DNA of 64,000 bases from Treponemataceae bacterium (lineage in GTDB: Bacteria; Spirochaetota; Spirochaetia; Treponematales; Rectinemataceae): positions 1,303,189 through 1,367,188 of the forward strand of contig CAXXHO010000005.1 in assembly GCA_963667725.2 (NCBI GenBank), read 5' to 3'. Positions 1 to 9,846 of this stretch are shown here, piece by piece (position 1 is the first letter of the stretch; each line of letters begins with the position of its first letter). The notes under the pieces were generated by a model. The model was not told the DNA's origin. It saw only the letters and a program-made list of their open reading frames with translations, and did no database searches. Both the position numbers and the translations under genes were made by a program.

Positions 1-487
1 TGCCCTGGGCGCTCCCATCCTCGTCAGGATGGGCTTTTCGCCCCTGGCTTCCCACATGTTCGTCTTCTATTTCGCCGTCGTTTCCAACATCACGCCGCCC
101 GTGGCCCTCGCCTGCTTCGCCGCGGCCTCGATTTCGGGGGCGGGACCCAACAAGATCGGTTTTCAAGCCATGAGGCTGGGTTTTCTCGCTTTCATCGTTC
201 CTTTCGCCTTCTGCTACGATTCCGGCCTCCTCCTTCAGGGCGGTCTGATCGCCAATCTTTGGGCTATCGCTTCGGGCATCATCGCCATCTTCGCCTTCGG
301 CTTTTTCTGGATGGGCTTCATCACGAGAGTGATACCGGTATGGCTGAGGGCAATCCTCCTCGCGGCCGGCGTCTATACCCTTTTCCCCGGCACCCTGCCG
401 GTGGTGCTGAGCGGAGTGGCGGTTGTCGGGGCTTTTCTGTATTCGAAGCTCCTGCCCGCGAAGCCTAAAATGGGCGCGGCGGCTTGA
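1..487 (+). CDS. TRAP transporter fused 4TM/12TM permease, C-terminal part (5' end outside window)
   Basis: Hydrophobic ORF with HMFVFYFAVVSNITPPVALA motif typical of DctM-like fused permeases. Confidence 0.85.
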   Translation, partial: ALGAPILVRMGFSPLASHMFVFYFAVVSNITPPVALACFAAASISGAGPNKIGFQAMRLGFLAFIVPFAFCYDSGLLLQGGLIANLWAIASGIIAIFAFGFFWMGFITRVIPVWLRAILLAAGVYTLFPGTLPVVLSGVAVVGAFLYSKLLPAKPKMGAAA

Positions 488-1065
488 ACGCCGAGGCCGA
501 TATGGTACGGCGCTGCCCCTGGTGCGGCGCCGACCCCCTCTATGTGCGCTATCACGACCAGGAGTGGGGAACTCCCCTGCACGACGAGGGCAAGCATTTC
601 GAATTCCTCCTCCTTGAGACCCAGCAGGCTGGGCTCTCCTGGATAACTATCCTCCGAAAGCGGGAGGCATACAGGAAAGCCTTTGCCGGCTTTGATCCGG
701 AAGTCGTGGCTCGATTCGGGGACGCCGATGTGGCAAGGCTTTTGGGCGACGCGGGCATCATCCGCAATAGACGGAAAATCGAGGCGAGCGTCAAAAACGC
801 CCGCGCCTTCCTCGCGATCAGGGAAGAATTCGGCAGTTTCGATGCCTGGCTCTGGCGTTTTGTGGACGGTAAGCCCGAACAGGGAATGCGCCACGTTCTT
901 GCCGACCTGCCCGCGACGACGCCGCTTTCGGATACGGTGAGCGCCGAGATGAAGAAGCGCGGTTTCGGATTCGTAGGCTCGACGACCATCTATGCCCATC
1001 TGCAGGCCGTTGGCCTCGTCAACGATCATCTGCTGTCCTGTTTCCGCTGGAAGGAACTTCAATGA
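484..1065 (+). CDS. tag: DNA-3-methyladenine glycosylase I
   Basis: RCPWC..YVRYHDQEWG, QAGLSWITILRKRE, IIRNRRKI, GLVNDHLLSC motifs. Confidence 0.95.
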   Translation: MNAEADMVRRCPWCGADPLYVRYHDQEWGTPLHDEGKHFEFLLLETQQAGLSWITILRKREAYRKAFAGFDPEVVARFGDADVARLLGDAGIIRNRRKIEASVKNARAFLAIREEFGSFDAWLWRFVDGKPEQGMRHVLADLPATTPLSDTVSAEMKKRGFGFVGSTTIYAHLQAVGLVNDHLLSCFRWKELQ

Positions 1066-1982
1066 CGATAATGGAAGCCATGGAAGCCCGCGTTTCCACC
1101 CGCAGTTTTGACGGGGCTGGCCTGACGGCGCCTGAGGCGGCCGAACTTACCGCCATGCTCAAGTCCGTCGCCAGGGAGGCGGCGCCTTTCGGCAACAGGG
1201 TGCGCCTTGCCCTCGCCGGGGGCGCCGAAGTCATGGGCAGCGGAGCTGGGGGCGATGGAGCCGCGGGCGGCAAAGCTGCGGCTAAGGGCGCGAAACCCCT
1301 AAGGCTCGGCACCTATGGCCTCATCGCGGGGGCCTCGGCCTTCATCGTGCCGGCCGTCCTTCCCGGCGTCGGCGCCATGGAGGACGCGGGCTTCATCATC
1401 GAAAAAGCTGTTCTCGAGGCGACGGCCCTGGGCTGGGCGAGCTGCTGGATAGGGGGCGTCTTCTCCAGGAGCAAAGCGGCGAAGATAGCCGCGGCGGCCG
1501 AAGGGGAACTCGTGCCCGCCGTCATCGCGCTCGGCAGGCCGGCGGGCAGGCGGAGCCTGGCCGACAGAATCGTGACAGGGGCGGCGAAATCGCGTTCCAG
1601 GAAGGCTATCGCGGACATAGTCTTCGCCGCCGAGGGACTGGAGAACGCCTGGATGGAGGCGACCAAAGCCCTGCGGAACGCCCCTTCTGCGTCCAACAAG
1701 CAGCCCTGGCGTCTCCTTCGGCTCGCCGGGCGAGACGAGTGGCTCATCTTCCTGGACGAGGATAAGGTGTACAACAACAGCCTCGGCGCCGTGCATATAC
1801 AGAATATCGATATCGGCATCGGGATGCGCCATTTCCATGAAGCGGCGATCGCCTCCGGAATGAATGGCAGATGGATTCCGCTGCCATTCGCCGATGGGAC
1901 GATTCAGCCAGCCCTGCGCTATGGCGAAGAAAAAGGGTGGATTCCCGTCGCGCTCTGGCGATTTGCCCCGGCGGATTTTTAA
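1062..1982 (+). CDS. Nitroreductase family protein (two-domain)
   Basis: RVSTRSF N-terminus, LGTYGLI, LGWASCWIGG, APSASNKQPW motifs. Confidence 0.85.
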   Translation: MTIMEAMEARVSTRSFDGAGLTAPEAAELTAMLKSVAREAAPFGNRVRLALAGGAEVMGSGAGGDGAAGGKAAAKGAKPLRLGTYGLIAGASAFIVPAVLPGVGAMEDAGFIIEKAVLEATALGWASCWIGGVFSRSKAAKIAAAAEGELVPAVIALGRPAGRRSLADRIVTGAAKSRSRKAIADIVFAAEGLENAWMEATKALRNAPSASNKQPWRLLRLAGRDEWLIFLDEDKVYNNSLGAVHIQNIDIGIGMRHFHEAAIASGMNGRWIPLPFADGTIQPALRYGEEKGWIPVALWRFAPADF

Positions 1983-2054
1983 CGCTATATTCAACTAAGT
2001 GAATAATAAGCGTGGAATCACACGCGCAATTTCTAGCGACCCGGGAGGAATTAT

Positions 2055-2573
2055 ATGATTTCCAGCAAAATGACCGATAGAATCAACCTTCAGATCAACC
2101 GTGAGATGTATTCGGCATATCTCTATCTCGCCATGGGGGCGAAGATGAAAGAAACCGGATACGCTGGCGTCGCCAACTGGCTTACCGTGCAGTACCACGA
2201 AGAAATGTTCCACGCGATGAAGTTCGCGAAATATCTCGAGGAACAGGGCGCGGCCGTCAAGTATGCCCAGATCGACACGCCCGTCTTCGCCGAGACAGGC
2301 ATCAAGGAGCTGTTCCAGCACATCCTCAAGCACGAGCAGTTCGTGACCTCGAGCATACGCGAGATCGTCGAACTGGCCAGGGCCGAGAAGGACTATGCCA
2401 CCGAGAATCTCCTCCAGTGGTATATCGACGAGCAGGTCGAGGAAGAGAAAAACGACTTCGAGATCCTTCAGGCCATCGATCTTCTCGGAAACAACGCTCA
2501 AGGCCTCTATATGCTCAATATCGAATTGGGCAAGCGCGGCAACGGCGCCCAGCTCGATTTCACGAAGATTTAA
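2055..2573 (+). CDS. ftnA: Non-heme ferritin
   Basis: QINREMYSAYLYLAM, EEMFHAMKF, HEQFVT, QWYIDEQVEEE ferroxidase motifs; GGAGG RBS upstream. Confidence 0.92.
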   Translation: MISSKMTDRINLQINREMYSAYLYLAMGAKMKETGYAGVANWLTVQYHEEMFHAMKFAKYLEEQGAAVKYAQIDTPVFAETGIKELFQHILKHEQFVTSSIREIVELARAEKDYATENLLQWYIDEQVEEEKNDFEILQAIDLLGNNAQGLYMLNIELGKRGNGAQLDFTKI

Positions 2574-2633
2574 GCCTCAGGCCTAACCCCGCTCCTTTCA
2601 TGACTTGCTGAATTACCCCGTCTTCGCGGCCTG

Positions 2634-2658
2634 AAAGCCCCGGACGGGGCTTTTTTTT
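2634..2658 (+). terminator. Intrinsic terminator after ferritin
   Basis: AAGCCCC-GGAC-GGGGC followed by T8. Confidence 0.8.
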
Positions 2659-2685
2659 GCCCTCCATTTGCCGTATTTTAGATAG

Positions 2686-4293
2686 ATGCAGGCCATACAA
2701 TACGTAAGTACGAGAATTTCTCCAGGCGGCAGGGTTGAAGACCCCGTAGGCATCGAGACCGCGATAGCGCGCGGCATGCCCCCCGACGGAGGTCTTTACG
2801 TTCCGACTTCATTGCCTGCCCTTCCGGGGCGTATTTTCGACCCCGGCCCCCTTTCCTATGCCGAACTGGCCACCATGATCCTGACACCTTTTTTCTCTGG
2901 ATGGGAGGACGGATCGCTCCGGGCCATCCTCGAAAAAGCCTATGGCTCAAGCGGGGAAGATCCATATTTCGATACGCCCGAAATCGCGTCCCTCATCCCT
3001 CTGGATGGGCTCGACTTGCCCGACAACCCGCCTTTGTATCTCCTCGAGCTTTTTCATGGAAGAACCTGCGCCTTCAAGGATATGGCTTTGAGCGTCCTGG
3101 GCGGCTTCCTGCGCGAAAGCCTGGACAGGATGGGAAAAAAGGAGCCTATCCTCGTTCTCGTGGCCACCTCGGGAGACACGGGTTCGGCCGCCCTCGAAGG
3201 CCTCGCCGCGGTGGAGGGAATCCATACGGCCGTCATTTATCCCGGAGAGGGAACGAGCGAGATCCAGCGACTGCAGATGACGACGGCCAGCTTGCGGCGA
3301 CGTTTCGTCGCCGGCATAAAGGGCAATTTCGACGATGCCCAGGGCGCGGTGAAGCGGATTTTCGCGCGCGCGGCGCGCGGCGAGGGGCCATTGGCCGGCC
3401 GCGGCCTTTCGTCGGCCAACTCGATCAACATCGGCAGACTTCTGCCGCAGATCGTCTATTATGTGGCCGCCTGGAGGGCTCTCGCCGCGCGCGGGGCGCT
3501 GGGCGAGGACAGATTCATGCACGTGGCCGTCCCCACGGGGAATTTCGGCGATATCCTCGCGGCCAAATACGCGAAGGAAATGGGACTGCCGATAGGCAGG
3601 CTCATATGCGCCTCGAACGCGAATAAGGTCCTCGCCGATTTCTTCGCGACGGGCGTCTACGACAGACGCCGCAATCTCGTGAAAACCGAGAGCCCTTCCA
3701 TGGATATTCTGGTATCCAGCAACCTGGAGCGGCTTCTATTCATGGCGTCGGGGAGAAACCAAAAACGCGTAACGTCGCTCATGGGGGAACTTGCGGCGAA
3801 AGGCTGGTTCGAGATAAACCCCGACGAAAAGGCGTATATCGCGGACTTCTCATCAGGTTGGTGCAGCGACGCTTCGGCGAAATCGGCCATCGCGAACGTT
3901 TGGGAATCCTGCTCGATCCTCGTCGATCCGCATACGGCAACTGCCCTGGAAGTGGCGATTCGAGATTCTTCACCGCTTCGCCCTATGGCGCCCATCGTGG
4001 TCGCGTCGACGGCAAGTCCCTTCAAGTTTCCCCGGGCATGCCTCGATGCCTTGAAGGGCGCCACCACGGACAACGGCGGGGAGGAGACGGTGGATGACGA
4101 CGATGGGCGATCAAGCCCCGACGGCGATCTGGCTCTCGCGCAGGGATTGTCCGCGATGACAGGCTGTTCGATGCCCGCGCCGATACGCGCCCTCACATCC
4201 AAAAGAATCCTGCACGACGCGATGATTGCCGTCGACGGCGTGGAGGACGCTCTGGCCGACTACGCGCGCGAAAAGATGGGCGCGCGGCCATGA
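2686..4293 (+). CDS. thrC: Threonine synthase
   Basis: YVSTR, DGGLYVP, ELFHGRTCAFKD (PLP Lys), ATSGDTG, SSANSINIGRL, VPTGNFG. Confidence 0.95.
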   Translation: MQAIQYVSTRISPGGRVEDPVGIETAIARGMPPDGGLYVPTSLPALPGRIFDPGPLSYAELATMILTPFFSGWEDGSLRAILEKAYGSSGEDPYFDTPEIASLIPLDGLDLPDNPPLYLLELFHGRTCAFKDMALSVLGGFLRESLDRMGKKEPILVLVATSGDTGSAALEGLAAVEGIHTAVIYPGEGTSEIQRLQMTTASLRRRFVAGIKGNFDDAQGAVKRIFARAARGEGPLAGRGLSSANSINIGRLLPQIVYYVAAWRALAARGALGEDRFMHVAVPTGNFGDILAAKYAKEMGLPIGRLICASNANKVLADFFATGVYDRRRNLVKTESPSMDILVSSNLERLLFMASGRNQKRVTSLMGELAAKGWFEINPDEKAYIADFSSGWCSDASAKSAIANVWESCSILVDPHTATALEVAIRDSSPLRPMAPIVVASTASPFKFPRACLDALKGATTDNGGEETVDDDDGRSSPDGDLALAQGLSAMTGCSMPAPIRALTSKRILHDAMIAVDGVEDALADYAREKMGARP

Positions 4294-4327
4294 GACTCCA
4301 CGTCTATCCGCGCGCGAGGAGAAGTCC

Positions 4328-5107
4328 ATGAAAAAAATGCCCTCACTGTTCGTTGGCCACGGCTCGCCGATGAACGCGGTCGCCCATAATTCCTATACCG
4401 AATCCCTGGGCGCCCTTGCGGCGGCCATGCCCGCCCCCCGCGGCATCCTAGTCGTGTCAGCCCACTGGGTGACGCCTGGGCTGCGGGTCACTTCCTCCCC
4501 CTCGCCCAGGCAGATCTACGATTTTTTCGGCTTTCCCGATGAATTATACAAAATTCAATACGAACCTCATGGGAGTCCCGAACTCGCCGCGAGGACTGCT
4601 GAGCTGCTCGACCGGGCGGGATTTCCCTGCGCGGAAGATCCGACCCGCGGCATCGACCATGCCGCCTGGGCTGTGCTTTTTCACATGTATCCCAAGGCCG
4701 ATATTCCCGTGATCGAAATGAGTCTGGACTATAAAATGAGGGTCGGACACTGGTTCGAGATAGGCGCGGCGCTGGCAGCCCTGCGGGAGGAAGGTTTTCT
4801 CGTCATGGGAAGCGGGAATGTCGTCCATAACCTGTACCGTTTCGAAGCCGCGATAGACGCGAAGCCGTATCCCTGGGCTTTGAAATTCAACGATACGGTG
4901 AAGGCCGCCGTCGCCGCAAACGATAGAGCCCGGCTTTCTTCCTTCGCGCTTCCCGTGGAAGAATCGCGCGACGCCGTGCCTACGCCCGAACATTATCTGC
5001 CGCTCCTGCCCCTGCTCGGCGGCATGGGCGAGGGAGAGAAGGCTTCGATATTCCACGAATCCATCCAGAACGCCAGCATCGCGATGACGGGTTTTTCGAT
5101 CGGTTAG
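4328..5107 (+). CDS. ygiD: 4,5-DOPA extradiol dioxygenase (LigB/YgiD family)
   Basis: PSLFVGHGSPMN, SAHW, RGIDHAAW, GSGNVVHNL, PTPEHYLPL; start placed at ATG 4328 after GAGGAG. Confidence 0.88.
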   Translation: MKKMPSLFVGHGSPMNAVAHNSYTESLGALAAAMPAPRGILVVSAHWVTPGLRVTSSPSPRQIYDFFGFPDELYKIQYEPHGSPELAARTAELLDRAGFPCAEDPTRGIDHAAWAVLFHMYPKADIPVIEMSLDYKMRVGHWFEIGAALAALREEGFLVMGSGNVVHNLYRFEAAIDAKPYPWALKFNDTVKAAVAANDRARLSSFALPVEESRDAVPTPEHYLPLLPLLGGMGEGEKASIFHESIQNASIAMTGFSIG

Positions 5108-5117
5108 GGGAAAAGCG

Positions 5118-5813
5118 CTATTTCCTGACGATGACGACGCAGCGTTCCTCGTCGAGGAAAGGAACCCAGATCGGCCTGACCTCGGCTCTCGAGAATGGTC
5201 CCGCGAGAAGGGGATCGGTCGCGAGGGCGGCCATCTCCATTTTCGCGTTGAACTGCTTACCTTTATAGGCGAAGAGAGCGCCGCCCGGAGCCAGGTTTTT
5301 CCATATAGCTTTGAAGAGTTTCAGCTCGGTAAACGGCCTGAAAGCCCTGAATATCACGATATCCTGGGGGCCTGGCGCTTTTTCGATCTCGCTCTCCACG
5401 ATTTCCACGTTTCCCAGCGAGAGAATGGCCTTCTGGCTTTCGAGAAAGGATATGCGCTTTCCCATGCGCTCGACGAGACGGACCTTCCTGTCCGGCATGA
5501 TGATGCTCAAGGGAATTCCGGGAAGGCCAGCCCCGGTTCCAATATCGCTCAACGTCGCCGCGTGGCCTTGGGACTTGTTCTCGGGCGAGTTGTCGCACTC
5601 TTCGAGCAGGCCCTCAAGGAGGCGCCAGGGCGCGAGACTGTCCAGGATATGCTTGATGACGAGCTCGTCTCCCGAAGCGTTCACGAGTCCGTAGGCGGGA
5701 TTCCAGGTTTCTATCTCGCCGATATAGCGTACAAGCGACTCCGTTTTCTTGTCGTTGCCGTCGAGGCCGAGGATGGCGAGTCCCCTGACCAGAAGCGACT
5801 GTGGATCATTCAT
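5118..5813 (-). CDS. rsmG: 16S rRNA m7G527 methyltransferase (start uncertain, 5813-5831)
   Basis: KHILDSL, DIGTGAGLPGIPL, VIFRAF motifs. Confidence 0.9.
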   Translation of the reverse strand: MNDPQSLLVRGLAILGLDGNDKKTESLVRYIGEIETWNPAYGLVNASGDELVIKHILDSLAPWRLLEGLLEECDNSPENKSQGHAATLSDIGTGAGLPGIPLSIIMPDRKVRLVERMGKRISFLESQKAILSLGNVEIVESEIEKAPGPQDIVIFRAFRPFTELKLFKAIWKNLAPGGALFAYKGKQFNAKMEMAALATDPLLAGPFSRAEVRPIWVPFLDEERCVVIVRK

Positions 5814-5864
5814 AGTGTCCATTGTAATCATTTGCCCGATTTTATTCCATTCCGGCGGGGAGGA

Positions 5865-5894
5865 TTGACAAAGTGAGGTCCTTTTCCCGATACT
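5865..5894 (+). promoter_or_regulatory. Sigma70-type promoter of pyrG
   Basis: TTGACA-N18-GATACT, 8 nt before the ATG. Confidence 0.6.
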
Positions 5895-5902
5895 GAAATC
5901 CC

Positions 5903-7525
5903 ATGAAGAAGCTAGTATTTGTCACTGGCGGGGTCTGCTCTTCATTGGGCAAAGGCATTGCGGCCTCGTCGATCGGCGCTCTCATGGAATCTCGCGGCTT
6001 TACCGTCCGTATGGTAAAGATAGACCCCTACCTGAACGTGGATGCCGGGACGATGAGTCCCTACCAGCACGGCGAGGTGTACGTCACCGACGACGGCGCC
6101 GAAACCGACCTGGACCTGGGCAACTACGGAAGGTTCACCTCGGCTCCCCTTTCACGTATCAACTCCATCACGACGGGCCAAGTCTACAAGACCGTCATCG
6201 AAAAGGAACGCGCGGGCGATTTTCTTGGCCGCACGGTCCAGGTCATTCCCCACATAACCGACGAGATAAAGCGCCGCATCCTCGCCGTGGCCGAAAGCCC
6301 CGACGTCGACATGACCATCGTCGAGATAGGCGGAACGGTAGGCGACATGGAATCGGTGCCTTTCCTGGAGGCTGCCCGCCAGCTCATCCACGAATTCGGC
6401 AAGCAGAACGCCATCTCGGTCCACGTCACCCTCGTTCCCTCCGTCTCGGGAGGGGAGATAAAAACAAAACCCACCCAGCACGCCGTCAAGGAACTGCAGG
6501 AAATGGGAATCCAGCCGGACGTGGTCGTCCTGCGCTCCAAAGAGCCGCTGGACGAGGGCATACGCCGCAAGATCTCGTCGTTCACCAACGTCGAATTCGA
6601 GGGCGTGATCTCCGGTTACGATGTCTCGACGATCTACGAACTGCCCCTGGTCTACTATCAGTCGGGCATCGATGCCTTCATCCTGAAAAAGATGAATGTG
6701 GAAAGCAGGCACGCCGAACTTTCGGCCTGGAAACAGGTCGTGGAGAAGGTGAAGAATCCAGCTGTCCGCGTGCGCATCGGCGTGGTGGGGAAGTACATGG
6801 AGCTTCACGACGCCTACAAGTCGGTTTGGGAAGCCCTTGGCCACGGCGGCATCGCGAACAACGCCGGCGTCGAGATCGTCAAGATCGATTCGGGAAGCCT
6901 TGAGGGGCCCGACGCGAAGCTGGACGACATATTCGCCACGATCGACGGCATTCTGGTGCCCGGGGGCTTCGGCGAACGCGGCATCGAAGGCATGATCGTC
7001 GCCGCGCGCTATGCCCGAGAGCACAAGCTTCCTTATTTCGGCATTTGCCTCGGCATGCAGATCATGGTGATAGAGTATGCCCGCGACGTGCTGGGATGGA
7101 CCGACGCCCACTCCACCGAGTTCAGCAAATCGTCGAAATATCCTGTCGTAGCGCTGCTCGAGGAACAGATTGACGTTAAAGCCTACGGCGGCACGATGCG
7201 CCTGGGAGCGAGCGAGTCGCTGACGAAGGCCGATACGGCCATACGCAGGGCTTATGGCGCCGAGCATATCGTCGAGCGGCACCGGCACCGATACGAGGTG
7301 GCTAACGCCTTCAGAAAGGATTTGGAAAAGGCTGGGCTCGTCATAGCCGCGACCACGCCGGACGATAGCCTCGTGGAAGCATGCGAGTGGCCGAACCACC
7401 CGTGGGGCCTGGGCGTCCAGTTTCATCCCGAGTTCAAGTCGAGACCCACGAAAGCCCATCCGATCTTCAGGGCTTTCATCACCGAGTGCGCCGCGATGGC
7501 GAAAGTTCGCCAAACGCGCTCTTAA
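5903..7525 (+). CDS. pyrG: CTP synthase
   Basis: FVTGGVCSSLGKG, DPYLNVDAGTMSPYQHGEV, GICLGMQ, QFHPEF. Confidence 0.98.
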   Translation: MKKLVFVTGGVCSSLGKGIAASSIGALMESRGFTVRMVKIDPYLNVDAGTMSPYQHGEVYVTDDGAETDLDLGNYGRFTSAPLSRINSITTGQVYKTVIEKERAGDFLGRTVQVIPHITDEIKRRILAVAESPDVDMTIVEIGGTVGDMESVPFLEAARQLIHEFGKQNAISVHVTLVPSVSGGEIKTKPTQHAVKELQEMGIQPDVVVLRSKEPLDEGIRRKISSFTNVEFEGVISGYDVSTIYELPLVYYQSGIDAFILKKMNVESRHAELSAWKQVVEKVKNPAVRVRIGVVGKYMELHDAYKSVWEALGHGGIANNAGVEIVKIDSGSLEGPDAKLDDIFATIDGILVPGGFGERGIEGMIVAARYAREHKLPYFGICLGMQIMVIEYARDVLGWTDAHSTEFSKSSKYPVVALLEEQIDVKAYGGTMRLGASESLTKADTAIRRAYGAEHIVERHRHRYEVANAFRKDLEKAGLVIAATTPDDSLVEACEWPNHPWGLGVQFHPEFKSRPTKAHPIFRAFITECAAMAKVRQTRS

Positions 7526-7609
7526 GCGCTTTTGGCGCTCGTCAACCACGCAAGTAGCGTGTTGACGCTCGCTAAAGCCCGCCGACCAGCGCGCCAGGCG
7601 GGCTTTGTA

Positions 7610-7638
7610 TTGACAGGGCGGCGGCCCCAAACCATACT
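7610..7638 (+). promoter_or_regulatory. Sigma70-type promoter of lptCAB
   Basis: TTGACA-N17-CATACT. Confidence 0.6.
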
Positions 7639-7647
7639 CAACACGCG

Positions 7648-8283
7648 ATGCGAAGCGAAAATCAGCGTGAAAAAACCTCATCGGCCGCCGATGCCCTTTC
7701 GGCAAGACACCCGGCGCCGGCGGGCATAAGCGCCCTGATCCTGGCTTTCGCCATGCTGACGCTGGCCGCCTCCTGCTCGATGTCCGAAGCCGAGGCAGCG
7801 CTCTCGATGAAAGAAGACGAACCCGATGCCACTTTCCTGGGCTTCAGCCGCGAGGAGGTGGAGAACGGGGTTGTGACTTTTTCGGCGAAGGCCGAACGCG
7901 CCGAGTATTTTCAGGATAGAGGCCTTTTTGTCATCTACAACATTGTTTTCGAGGACAGGGGCCCGGAAGGCGGAAGCGCTGAAGCCACCGGCGAGGCCGA
8001 CAAGGCCGTCTACTACGAAGATACGGGCAACGCCGAATTCTCCGGCTTCGTCCAGATATACTCTCCCGAAGAAGATACTTATTTCGAGACAAGCGGACTC
8101 AACTACTTTTCGGCCACGAGGACAGTTGAAGGGCTGCCCGACAATCCGGTCGTCGTGAAGGTCGGAGAGAAGCTCTTCATCCAGGGAATGGGCTTTTTCG
8201 CCGATATACAGGAAAAGGCTTTTTCCTTTCGCGATGGGGCGCAGGGCGTCTTTCGCGTGGATTCCGCCGCCGGTTCACAGTAA
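7648..8283 (+). CDS. lptC: LptC-like lipid/LPS export periplasmic protein
   Basis: N-terminal hydrophobic anchor, beta-strand-rich body, position upstream of lptA/lptB. Confidence 0.7.
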   Translation: MRSENQREKTSSAADALSARHPAPAGISALILAFAMLTLAASCSMSEAEAALSMKEDEPDATFLGFSREEVENGVVTFSAKAERAEYFQDRGLFVIYNIVFEDRGPEGGSAEATGEADKAVYYEDTGNAEFSGFVQIYSPEEDTYFETSGLNYFSATRTVEGLPDNPVVVKVGEKLFIQGMGFFADIQEKAFSFRDGAQGVFRVDSAAGSQ

Positions 8284-8294
8284 GGAGAAGAACG

Positions 8295-9068
8295 ATGAGG
8301 CTTCATGACACGGATATAGGTCGGGAACGCCACAGCGCCGCGATGGGCAAAATTATTGTTCTGGCGGGCCTGTTTCTCATGCTTCTCGCCGGTTTTCCGG
8401 CATTCGCGCAAGAAACGGCGCCAGCGGTAGCTGGCGCGCCGGCGGTAGCCGGCGATACATCGAAAGCAGCCGGCGAGGCAGGGAGCTCCGACACCACCAT
8501 CACCTTCACCGCGCGCCGCATGGAAAGCATCATCGCCAAAGGCAAGGAAAAGACGATCCTCATCGGCGGAGCCGTCGTCAACACCGGTACAATGGAAATC
8601 AAGGCCGAGAGAATAGAACTCTTCGGCGAAGACTATAACGATGTCCTCTGTACGGGAACGGTAGTCGTTTTCGACGAATCCAAGGGCTTCCTCCTCAAGG
8701 CGGCCACCCTTACCTACGCGCGGGATACAGAAATAGGCCTCGCCCAGACGCAGGTGGTGCTGGAAGACTCCAAGAACGATGTTCTCCTCAAGGCCGAGTG
8801 GGTGCGTTTCGACCAGAAACAGTCCCTCGTGGACGCGCGCATCGGCGTCCATATCCTGAAGGAAGACTTCGCCGTAAGGGCTGAGTTTGCCCACTATAAC
8901 CGCGATGACGAGAGCCTCCAGCTTTCCGGAACCCCGGTGACCGTTTCTTCCGACGGGACCATAGAAGCCGACGCGATGTCGGGCAAGACCGATATGGAAA
9001 GCATGCAGCTGGATGGACAGGTAAGCGGCACCATCACCACCAAGAAAAAGGAAGCGACCCAGCCTTGA
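8295..9068 (+). CDS. lptA: LptA/OstA-like periplasmic protein
   Basis: Signal peptide, beta-jellyroll-like repeats (IKAERIEL, LKAATLTY), adjacent to lptB. Confidence 0.72.
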   Translation: MRLHDTDIGRERHSAAMGKIIVLAGLFLMLLAGFPAFAQETAPAVAGAPAVAGDTSKAAGEAGSSDTTITFTARRMESIIAKGKEKTILIGGAVVNTGTMEIKAERIELFGEDYNDVLCTGTVVVFDESKGFLLKAATLTYARDTEIGLAQTQVVLEDSKNDVLLKAEWVRFDQKQSLVDARIGVHILKEDFAVRAEFAHYNRDDESLQLSGTPVTVSSDGTIEADAMSGKTDMESMQLDGQVSGTITTKKKEATQP

Positions 9069-9796
9069 ACGATTCCGTCCTCGAAGTGAAGGGACTTCGC
9101 AAGCTCTACGGGCGCAAGGTGGCTGTGGCCGACGTGGGATTTTCCATGCGGACTGGGGAAATCGTAGGTCTGCTGGGCCCCAACGGAGCCGGGAAAACCA
9201 CCGTCTTCTATATGCTCGCCGGCTTTCTCCATCCTAGCTCCGGAAAAATCGAACTCGACGGAGCCTCGCTGAACGACCTGTCCATGTACAGGAGGGCGAG
9301 GCTGGGCATTTCCTATCTGCCCCAGGAAGCATCGATTTTTCGCAAGCTTACGGTGGAAGAAAACATCCTCGCCGTCCTGGAGGCGCGATCGGGACTGGAT
9401 GGCCCCGCCCGCCGTATCCGCGCGGCCATGCTCATGGAAGAGTTCGGAATCGAGAAATTAGCCAGGCAGCCTGGCTACACCCTTTCCGGCGGCGAGCGCC
9501 GGCGGACGGAGATAGCCCGCGCCCTTGCCATCGACCCCAAGTTCCTCCTCCTGGACGAACCCTTTACGGGCATAGATCCCATCGCCATCCACGAAATCAA
9601 GATAATCGTGCAGAAGCTTTCGGCGGCCGGCATCGGCGTGCTCCTGACCGACCACAACGTGCGCGACGCGCTGGACATCACCAATCGGTCCTATATCATC
9701 CACCTCGGCCGCATCATCGTTTCGGGAGACAAGGAATCCATCCTTCACGACGCCGACGCGCGTAATCTCTATTTAGGCGAAGAATTCCGTATGTAA
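9065..9796 (+). CDS. lptB: LPS export ABC transporter ATPase
   Basis: GLLGPNGAGKTT, YLPQEASIFRKLTV, LSGGERRRTEIARAL, LLTDHNVRD. Confidence 0.95.
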   Translation: MNDSVLEVKGLRKLYGRKVAVADVGFSMRTGEIVGLLGPNGAGKTTVFYMLAGFLHPSSGKIELDGASLNDLSMYRRARLGISYLPQEASIFRKLTVEENILAVLEARSGLDGPARRIRAAMLMEEFGIEKLARQPGYTLSGGERRRTEIARALAIDPKFLLLDEPFTGIDPIAIHEIKIIVQKLSAAGIGVLLTDHNVRDALDITNRSYIIHLGRIIVSGDKESILHDADARNLYLGEEFRM

Positions 9797-9846
9797 GCTC
9801 GTAAATCACTGTGGAAAATCAAGCCAGGCTGGCTTATTATTGGCGC

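Noticed and set aside
2600..2658. Possible threonine attenuator upstream of thrC (alternative pairing CCCCGTC/GACGGGG, mini-ORF MTC)
   Set aside because: There is no Thr/Ile-rich leader peptide, and both pairings end at the same U-tract. It is simpler as the ferritin terminator, and thrC appears to have its own -10.
6152..7705. Long antisense ORFs (e.g. 6152-7705, 19753-20988, 48741-50135, 62760-63971)
   Set aside because: Shadow frames of well-supported genes in GC-rich DNA, with no recognisable motifs.
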